Below are positions 57,078 to 64,000 of a stretch of DNA of 64,000 bases, one piece after another. The stretch is from a virus. The notes under the pieces are model-generated. The model saw nothing but the letters and a program-made list of their open reading frames with translations, did not search any database and was not told the DNA's origin. The stretch lies in IMG/VR virus record IMGVR_UViG_3300025732_000017, one strand, 5' to 3'. The position numbers and the translations under genes were made by a program. The number at the start of each line of letters is the position of its first letter. The first letter of the stretch is position 1.

Positions 57078-57475
57078 ATCGTCTGTTACTATGTGCTACG
57101 TTATTGCTTGCAGGATGTGGCGGCGTAGCCCCAAAGATTGTAGAAAAGCCGATACTTGTTGATAGACCTGAATTGATTGTTCCAGAAATACAACCTGCTG
57201 AACAATACAATTTTGAGTGGGTCGTGATAACAAAGGAAAACTTTGCGGAAGTTGCAAAGGATCTTGAAAGCAAGGGACAAACAATTGTTCTTTTTGCTGT
57301 CACACCACAGGGCTATCAGAATCTTAGCGTGAATATTGCTGAACTTAGACGATTCATAACACAACAGCAGTCTGTGATCGTGTCATACAAGACATACTAT
57401 GGTAAAAAGACTGAAGAACCAAAAGTAGAAGAAAAGAAAGAAGAAGAAAAGAAACCATTTTGGAAAATATTCTGA
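57074..57475 (+). CDS. Outer-membrane spanin lipoprotein (Rz1-like)
   Basis: Lipobox LLAGC, Pro-rich start, overlaps the i-spanin stop. Confidence 0.7.
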   Translation: MNRLLLCATLLLAGCGGVAPKIVEKPILVDRPELIVPEIQPAEQYNFEWVVITKENFAEVAKDLESKGQTIVLFAVTPQGYQNLSVNIAELRRFITQQQSVIVSYKTYYGKKTEEPKVEEKKEEEKKPFWKIF

Positions 57476-57484
57476 GGTACTACC

Positions 57485-57979
57485 ATGGCAGTAAATGCAG
57501 AAACAGAAGTAAAGACACCTGAAGGCAAACCAGCCGAAGATTGGATGAGCAAGAGATGGAGACCAATGATGGGTTGGCTATACATGGGAACATGTACAGT
57601 TGACTTCATCGTGTTTCCTATCGTCTGGTCCATTCTACAAGCAACAACAGGACAGCAAGTGACACAATGGAATCCTATCACCCTACAAGGTGCAGGATTG
57701 TATCACCTAGCAATGGGTGCAATTTGTGGTGTTGCTGCATGGTCGCGCGGTCAAGAAAAGATGGCTGGCTCGGGTATGAGCGGCGGCATGGGTATGGGTA
57801 TGGGTATGGGCGGAATGGGAATGAGCGGTGGTATGGGCATGGGCATGAGCAGACCTATGGGACTAAATAGTACTACACCGACATCTTCGTCATATGCTAG
57901 AACACCTGCGTCAGCCTCAAGATCGGTGTTACCTGATACTGACATGGAAGACGCAGATAATATGATTAGAAGAAGATAA
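57485..57979 (+). CDS. Holin-like membrane protein with Gly/Met-repeat tail
   Basis: WRPMMGWLY (3TM-holin-like), hydrophobic segments, within the lysis cassette. Confidence 0.6.
   Translation: MAVNAETEVKTPEGKPAEDWMSKRWRPMMGWLYMGTCTVDFIVFPIVWSILQATTGQQVTQWNPITLQGAGLYHLAMGAICGVAAWSRGQEKMAGSGMSGGMGMGMGMGGMGMSGGMGMGMSRPMGLNSTTPTSSSYARTPASASRSVLPDTDMEDADNMIRRR
57772..57860 (+). repeat. ATGGGT/ATGGGC (Met-Gly) short tandem repeats
   Basis: Encodes GMSGGMGMGMGMGGMGMSGGMGMGMS. Confidence 0.8.
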
Positions 57980-57990
57980 AGGAGAAACAA

Positions 57991-58161
57991 ATGGACTTTA
58001 TTACAAATATATTGTCACTCGCATGGGCACTACTTTGGACTAAGGAAGCATTTTGGCTAGTCGTTGGTCTTCTTGTTGGCTGGAACATTCTTCCACAACC
58101 AACGTGGGTCAAGAGCCTTGTTGCAAAAGTACTTCCTAAAAAAGTAACATCTCCAGAGTGA
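57991..58161 (+). CDS. Small membrane protein (not in the ORF track)
   Basis: AGGAG RBS; MDFITNILSLAWALLWTKEAFWLVVGLLVGWNILPQPTWVKSLVAKVLPKKVTSPE. Confidence 0.65.
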   Translation: MDFITNILSLAWALLWTKEAFWLVVGLLVGWNILPQPTWVKSLVAKVLPKKVTSPE

Positions 58162-58162
58162 T

Positions 58163-58660
58163 ATGATAAACATGGGCGCGGTCAAGAGAAAAACAAGTGT
58201 AAATACTGAAGTTGAATTATTGAAAAAAGATATAACTTTGATAAACGATGTGTTCAAAAAGTTAGATACGACGATAGAAAAACTAGAAGAATTGACCGCG
58301 TCCATGACCAAGATTCTTTCACTTCATGAACAAAAACTGGAATATCACGAAAGAAAAGATCAAGACTTGGATAGACTAATAGAACTAAGAAGAACAGAAT
58401 TGCTAAACGACATAAAAGAACTACATTCAAGAGTAACAACGGTAAATCGCGAACTTACAACGCAAATTGAACATACTGAAAACAAGATAACAAACGAAAT
58501 CAAAGCACTAAAAGATCATATAACACAAGAACATAAGCAAGCATCAAACGTAGTAGAACAAATACAACGCTGGAAGTGGATGATTCTTGGTGGGTCAGCT
58601 GCAGTAATGTGGCTGATCTCCAGCGTCAACTTCGCTGCTCTTTCCAAACTATTCAAATAA
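58163..58660 (+). CDS. Coiled-coil protein with C-terminal TM helix
   Basis: Heptad-rich; ends WKWMILGGSAAVMWLI. Confidence 0.65.
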   Translation: MINMGAVKRKTSVNTEVELLKKDITLINDVFKKLDTTIEKLEELTASMTKILSLHEQKLEYHERKDQDLDRLIELRRTELLNDIKELHSRVTTVNRELTTQIEHTENKITNEIKALKDHITQEHKQASNVVEQIQRWKWMILGGSAAVMWLISSVNFAALSKLFK

Positions 58661-58664
58661 TCGT

Positions 58665-58693
58665 TTGACTTTCCGCCTTGTGTCGTCTATACT
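58665..58693 (+). promoter_or_regulatory. sigma70-type promoter for primase
   Basis: TTGACT-N17-TATACT. Confidence 0.65.
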
Positions 58694-58699
58694 GACGAC

Positions 58700-59698
58700 A
58701 TGATATGGCTAGACAAAAAATACCTGAACCTGATCTCGCATAAGCTGGAACGCTTTGCGTGGAAAAGCGACAAACTTGCAAACATGAGATGCCCACTCTG
58801 TGGTGATTCTCAAAGAAACAAGTTGAAGGCGCGTGGTTATGCATTTGAACTGAAGGGAAGCCTGATGTACAAGTGCCACAACTGCTCTGCGTCAATGGCT
58901 ATTCCAGCATTCATCAAGATGATTGATGAAAATGCATATCGTGAATACATGATGGAAAAGTTTGGCACGGCCAACAACGTCGTCACGACGCCACCAAAGA
59001 TGACGACGAAGCCCCCTGTCTTTCGCGCAAGAATTGATCTTCCCACGATTGAATCTTTGGAAGAAGAGCATTATGCTCGCCAGTACATTGCAAATCGCAA
59101 GATCCCAAAGGAGTTCTGGACCAATCTATATTATGCTGAAGACTTTCGCGGGTTCATAGATGAACTGGTTCCTAATCATGGCAAGGAACTAAAGAGCGAT
59201 GCTCGTATCGTCATTCCATTCCATGATGCACGAAAGAAACTTGTTGCGATTCAAGGTCGTGCATTGGCTGCCGACAACAAGATCCGATATATCACGATAA
59301 AGATTGATGAAGAAGCACCAAAGATCTATGGACTTGATCGTGTGGACGTTACCAAGACGACATATGTCGTTGAAGGTCCGATTGATTCCATGTTTCTACC
59401 AAACGCACTTGCAATTGCTGGTGCAAATCTGATTCAGGTGAGACAATATGTGAATACCGAGACAGCTGTATTCATCTCGGACAATGAGCCAAGAAACAAG
59501 GATATCGTTCGCCAGATTGATCAAAGCATCAATGCGGGTCTTCGCGTTTGCATTTGGCCACAGACGATGAATTGCAAGGACATCAATGACTTGATCTTGT
59601 CAGGTAAGAATACGCAACAAATCGTGAAGATGATTGATGGAAACGTATTTAGCGGTGTGAAGGCTAAGTTCATGTTGAATCAATGGAAAAAAATATAA
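58700..59698 (+). CDS. gp61: DNA primase (T4 gp61)
   Basis: RCPLCGDS, YKCHNC zinc finger, QGRAL, VVEGPIDS, DNEPRN, KDIND. Confidence 0.95.
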   Translation: MIWLDKKYLNLISHKLERFAWKSDKLANMRCPLCGDSQRNKLKARGYAFELKGSLMYKCHNCSASMAIPAFIKMIDENAYREYMMEKFGTANNVVTTPPKMTTKPPVFRARIDLPTIESLEEEHYARQYIANRKIPKEFWTNLYYAEDFRGFIDELVPNHGKELKSDARIVIPFHDARKKLVAIQGRALAADNKIRYITIKIDEEAPKIYGLDRVDVTKTTYVVEGPIDSMFLPNALAIAGANLIQVRQYVNTETAVFISDNEPRNKDIVRQIDQSINAGLRVCIWPQTMNCKDINDLILSGKNTQQIVKMIDGNVFSGVKAKFMLNQWKKI

Positions 59699-59778
59699 AA
59701 AATATTTTTTGTTGATATTTTCTACGTTTGTGATATTATCTATGATAAGTATACTATCCTCAACATCATGGGTGAGTC

Positions 59779-60447
59779 ATGAAAATAGAATTAGTGTCAT
59801 ATACACAGCCAGTGAAAAGATTGCAAGATCAAGGGATTATTACGCCCATTGATCTGATTGCATTTTGTGCTCGCGTTTCCAATCCAGCCAATCAATTCAA
59901 TAACGACACATCGGAAAAACTTGTCAATTACTTGATCAAGAACAAGCATTGGTCTCCGCTTGAAATGGTTGACATGACATTGGAGATTGAGACAACACGC
60001 GACATTGCGCGCCAGATTCTGCGCCATCGCTCGTTTGTATTCCAAGAGTTTTCTCAGAGATATGCTGTTGCCGATCTTGGCTATGAGTTCCGCGATGCCA
60101 GATTGCAGGACAAGAAGAATCGTCAGAATTCAATTGATGTAGAAGACTTTGATTTGAATTCCGAATGGAAGACTGCGCAGATGCGAGTCATGATGGAAGC
60201 GCAGAATGCATATGATTGGGCGATAGATAACGGTATCGCAAAGGAAGTTGCAAGATCTGTTCTTCCTGAGGGAATGGTTCTTTCTCGTCTTTACATGAAG
60301 GGCACCCTTCGTTCTTGGGTCCACTATATAGATCTACGTTCAGGCAACGGAACTCAAAAAGAACACATGCTTATCGCCATTGGGGCTGCAAAGGTAATAT
60401 CCCAAGTATTCCCTATAGAAAAAGTACTTTCAACTAATAATCAATAA
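59779..60447 (+). CDS. thyX: FAD-dependent thymidylate synthase
   Basis: HWSPLE, RHRSFVFQEFSQRY, AKEVAR.VLP, LRSWVHY..LR....TQKEH. Confidence 0.95.
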   Translation: MKIELVSYTQPVKRLQDQGIITPIDLIAFCARVSNPANQFNNDTSEKLVNYLIKNKHWSPLEMVDMTLEIETTRDIARQILRHRSFVFQEFSQRYAVADLGYEFRDARLQDKKNRQNSIDVEDFDLNSEWKTAQMRVMMEAQNAYDWAIDNGIAKEVARSVLPEGMVLSRLYMKGTLRSWVHYIDLRSGNGTQKEHMLIAIGAAKVISQVFPIEKVLSTNNQ

Positions 60448-60457
60448 AGAGGCAAAA

Positions 60458-62377
60458 ATGAGTAATTCACTACCGACGCAATATCAGTCGTTCATCCACC
60501 TTTCGCGCTATTCAAGATGGTTACCAGAAAAGAATAGACGCGAAAATTGGTTTGAGACTGTTGGCAGATACTTTGATTTCTTTGAAGATCATCTAAAGCA
60601 ACATTGCAATTACAAGGTAAAGCCAGAAGAGCGTCGTGAACTGGAAGACGCAGTTCTTAGCCTAGAGATCATGCCATCAATGCGATGCCTCATGACTGCA
60701 GGTGAAGCATTGTCTCGCGAGAATGTTGCTGGATACAATTGCTCATACGTTGCTGTTGACTCGCCTCGTTCGTTTGACGAAATCCTATACATTCTCATGA
60801 ATGGAACTGGTGTTGGTTTCTCCGTCGAGCAAAAGTTCACCGATCAGCTTCCGATCATTGCTGAAGATTTCTATGAGTCCGACACCACTGTCGTCGTTGG
60901 TGATTCAAAACTTGGTTGGGCCAAGGCTCTGAAGGAAATCATTCATCTTCTCTATGGTGGTCAGATTGCTCGCTGGGATGTATCAAAGGTCAGACCCGCA
61001 GGCGCACCACTCAAGACATTTGGTGGTCGTGCATCTGGTCCAGAACCACTTGTCTCTTTGTTTGAATTCGTCACACGCATCTTCAAGAATGCTGCTGGTC
61101 GCAAGCTGACATCTCTTGAATGCCATGACATTGTCTGCAAGATCGCCGAGATCGTTGTCGTTGGTGGTGTTCGTCGTTCTGCACTCATTTCATTGTCAGA
61201 TCTTTCTGATGATGGTATGCGTACTGCAAAGAGTGGCATGTGGTGGGAAAACAATGCACAGAGAGCATTGGCCAACAATTCATTCGTTGCAAAGCGTAAG
61301 CCAGACATGTCAGTATTCATGAAGGAATGGTTTGCGCTGTATGAGTCCAAGTCGGGTGAGCGCGGAATCTTCTCGCGCACAGCATCACAGAATCAGGCCA
61401 AGAAGTATGGTCGTCGCAATCCAGATTTTGACTTTGGTACGAATCCATGCTCCGAGATCATTTTGCGTAATCGCGAGTTCTGCAATCTGACCGAAGTCGT
61501 CGTTCGTGCCTTAGACACATCAGTTGATCTTCATCGCAAGATTCGGCTTGCAACAATTCTTGGCACATGGCAGTCAACGCTGACCAACTTCAAGTATCTT
61601 CGCAATACATGGAAGAACAACTGCGATGAAGAAAGACTACTTGGCGTTTCATTGACTGGTATCATGGACAATGAAATCACGAATGGCAAGAAGGGTCGTG
61701 AAGAACTTCGTTCGGTTCTGAATGCTATTCGCAATCGTGCTGTCGAGACGAATGTTGAATGGGCCAAGAAACTTGGCATTCCTCGTTCGGCTGCGATTAC
61801 ATGCGTGAAGCCATCTGGCACAGTATCGCAGTTGGTTGATTCGGCATCTGGTATTCATGCGAGACATGCGCCATATTATATTCGCACGGTTCGTGCTGAC
61901 AAGAAAGATCCATTGGCCAAGATGATGGTTGATGCTGGCTTTCCTGTTGAAGACGATGTGATGAAGCCAGAACACACATATGTCTTTGCATTTCCAATGA
62001 AGACACCAGAGAATGCAGTATTTCGCAAGGACATGACTGCGATTGAGCAGCTTGAACTTTGGCTTGAGTATCAGAGACATTTCTGCGAGCATAAGCCATC
62101 TGTCACCATCTCGGTCAAGGAAGATGAGTGGATGGAAGTTGGTGCATGGGTCTATGAGCATTTTGACGAGATGTCTGGCGTATCGTTCTTGCCATTCTCT
62201 GATGCGTCTTATAAGCAAATGCCATATCAGGATTGCACGAAAGAGCAGTATGAGGCAATGGTAGAAAGAATGCCTAAGAATGTTGATTGGTCAAAGCTGT
62301 CAGATTATGAAAAACGTGATACAACAACTGGTACACAGGAGTTGAGCTGCACTGCGGGTTCCTGTGAAGTAGTATAA
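60458..62377 (+). CDS. nrdJ: Class II (adenosylcobalamin) ribonucleotide reductase
   Basis: GYNC, GGVRRSA, TNPCSEI, TCVKPSGT, EHKPS, C-terminal CTAGSC. No nrdB nearby. Confidence 0.88.
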   Translation: MSNSLPTQYQSFIHLSRYSRWLPEKNRRENWFETVGRYFDFFEDHLKQHCNYKVKPEERRELEDAVLSLEIMPSMRCLMTAGEALSRENVAGYNCSYVAVDSPRSFDEILYILMNGTGVGFSVEQKFTDQLPIIAEDFYESDTTVVVGDSKLGWAKALKEIIHLLYGGQIARWDVSKVRPAGAPLKTFGGRASGPEPLVSLFEFVTRIFKNAAGRKLTSLECHDIVCKIAEIVVVGGVRRSALISLSDLSDDGMRTAKSGMWWENNAQRALANNSFVAKRKPDMSVFMKEWFALYESKSGERGIFSRTASQNQAKKYGRRNPDFDFGTNPCSEIILRNREFCNLTEVVVRALDTSVDLHRKIRLATILGTWQSTLTNFKYLRNTWKNNCDEERLLGVSLTGIMDNEITNGKKGREELRSVLNAIRNRAVETNVEWAKKLGIPRSAAITCVKPSGTVSQLVDSASGIHARHAPYYIRTVRADKKDPLAKMMVDAGFPVEDDVMKPEHTYVFAFPMKTPENAVFRKDMTAIEQLELWLEYQRHFCEHKPSVTISVKEDEWMEVGAWVYEHFDEMSGVSFLPFSDASYKQMPYQDCTKEQYEAMVERMPKNVDWSKLSDYEKRDTTTGTQELSCTAGSCEVV

Positions 62378-63066
62378 TCATATCGTTCTATGGATAGGCC
62401 TCTATGTTTACCTTTTGCATAGGGGCCTTTTCCTATCTTGTGTCTAACTGCACTATAAGATAAACCAAGTTCATCACACATTTTTCGGGTATCATCAACA
62501 ATAATTTTCTTTCCATCAATGAAAGTCCATATTGTTTTTTTACGACCATCTTTTCCATAACCTTTTGTTTTGTATTTGCTAGAATTATTAGAATGTGTTG
62601 TTGATTTACCTCTATTGTGGGCTGGCTTACCTTTATTTTTTGCAGCAACTTTTGCTGCAATTTCGGGTCTTTTCATTGGATTATTTTGCAACATTTTTTC
62701 TTTTTGTTGAAGATTGGGCAATCCTTTATTCCAAGGCGATCTTCCTAGCGCCTTTTGTCTTATTTTTTCTTTTGTTTGCTCATTGTGTTTCTTTATATAA
62801 AATTGACCATTGTTATTTGATTGATTATAATAATTTGAATTTTCGGCTGCATTCGCTTCGCGCAGCATTTTTGTTTCAAGATTGTACATGTCTTCAAATA
62901 ATCCATGTGCAATAATTTCTCTCCTGAAATTAGATGGATTTATTTGATATTCTTCAAGCATGATTTTAGATGAGCATATGTATCCGTCATCTGAACTACC
63001 TTTATGTACACCAATGTACTTTTTACCGGTAGTTAGATTAGTCCATATATATACGAATGAATCCAT
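62305..63066 (-). mobile_element. Free-standing GIY-YIG (Seg-like) homing endonuclease
   Basis: FVYIWTN...KKYIG.HKG..DDGY..S; NUMOD3-like repeats; GAGGAG RBS. Overlaps the nrdJ 3' end convergently. Confidence 0.88.
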
Positions 63067-63127
63067 TGCTGATGGCTCCTCTTTAGCTGTTAGAGTGGTT
63101 GGGGCCTCGGAACCCGCGAACCACATC

Positions 63128-63135
63128 TATTTAGC
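63128..63135 (-). promoter_or_regulatory. Late promoter-like site for the GIY-YIG gene
   Basis: GCTAAATA on the minus strand, 62 nt upstream of the ATG. Confidence 0.55.
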
Positions 63136-63151
63136 AATTAGGAGATTGTAA

Positions 63152-63319
63152 ATGACAGAGAGGACTCTAATGTGTGTATCGTGTGACTCTGAATACACGA
63201 TAGAGTATGATGAAGACGCAGTAATGGGCAAGGATTGTTATTGCCCATTCTGTGGCCACATGTATGACTTTGATGATGACGAAGAGGAAGATGATTCCTG
63301 GAGTGATGAGGAAGAATAA
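63152..63319 (+). CDS. Small Zn-ribbon protein with acidic tail (not in the ORF track)
   Basis: AGGAG RBS; CVSC..CPFC followed by DFDDDEEEDDSWSDEEE; 55 aa. Confidence 0.7.
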   Translation: MTERTLMCVSCDSEYTIEYDEDAVMGKDCYCPFCGHMYDFDDDEEEDDSWSDEEE

Positions 63320-63351
63320 ATAGTACATAAAATCATCTAGAAAGAGATACC

Positions 63352-63993
63352 ATGGACGATAATACATCAATTCAATTCAGACTTCGTTTGGCGCAGATCA
63401 ACGGAATCAATATGAATGAAGAGCAGCTTTCGGAGACTAACCATCAACGCATAGATGAATCGCTAGATCATATTACGCGCATTACACAAGCATTGAAGGA
63501 TCCAAATCCAGATGTTCGTAGAAATGCGATATCTCATCGTTTGGCAACACCTAAACACATAACGCAAGCATTGGAAGATCAATCGTCTGATGTTCGTGTG
63601 GCTGCAATCAATCATCCCAATGTAACATCAAAACATATTACACATGCATTGAAGGATAAAGTCATGGCCGTGCGTATTGTCGCAATCAAACATCCTAAAG
63701 CAACGCCTGAACATATAACGCAAGCATTGAAAGATGGAGACAGGTATGTTCGTCAGGCGGCTTTGAAACATCATAATGTAACATCTGAACATATAACGCA
63801 AGCAGTGAAGGATCCAAATCCAGATGTTCGTAGAAATGCAATTACTCATCATTTGGCAACACCTGAACATCTTGAGCAAGGAATGAAAGACCCTGATGGA
63901 AGTGTGCGAACAGTCGCTAGTATAATACATAAAAGAGATCATGATCCTATAACAGACGCCGCGCGGCCACAACATTTGGGTGACGAAGACTAA
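63352..63993 (+). CDS. HEAT/LRV-like repeat protein
   Basis: Six 24-aa repeats with consensus HITQALKD.n.dVR..Ai.H..aT.e. AATAAATA at 63315 upstream. Confidence 0.75.
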   Translation: MDDNTSIQFRLRLAQINGINMNEEQLSETNHQRIDESLDHITRITQALKDPNPDVRRNAISHRLATPKHITQALEDQSSDVRVAAINHPNVTSKHITHALKDKVMAVRIVAIKHPKATPEHITQALKDGDRYVRQAALKHHNVTSEHITQAVKDPNPDVRRNAITHHLATPEHLEQGMKDPDGSVRTVASIIHKRDHDPITDAARPQHLGDED

Positions 63994-64000
63994 TAAAATC

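Noticed and set aside
1-64000. tRNA, tmRNA, rRNA or CRISPR genes
   Set aside because: All intergenic gaps were short (about 120 nt or less), and none showed a cloverleaf, T-loop GTTCRA or repeat-spacer array.

Overview
A 64 kb segment of a large T4-like myophage genome. The host is probably a Gram-negative aquatic proteobacterium, inferred from the spanins, GH19 endolysin, CsgG/CsgF, sigma70 promoters and a ROSE-like leader. From left to right the window holds: (1) a three-gene DNA hypermodification cassette (C5-MTase homolog with Arg in motif X, glutaminase-less AsnB-like ligase, CmoA carboxy-SAM synthase); (2) an early, GC-richer CobT-like VWA/peptidase, CobS/MoxR AAA and wHTH block; (3) T4 replication genes (gp1, gp45, dsbA, gp44, gp62, regA, gp43, uvsX, gp40, gp41, gp61) with dut, thyX and a class II RNR; (4) hsp20 behind a ROSE-like leader and two tandem AdoMetDC homologs; (5) a ~12.5 kb sugar-nucleotide/glycosyltransferase/methyltransferase island; (6) late genes for putative capsid-targeted internal proteins, including a modular polyprotein; (7) an autotransporter-like gene and a minus-strand csgF-csgG-curlin-fecR-CHASE2 adenylate cyclase operon; (8) a lysis cassette, two free-standing homing endonucleases and a HEAT-like repeat protein. 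No tRNA, rRNA or CRISPR array was found. All calls come from motif recognition by eye; no searches were run.
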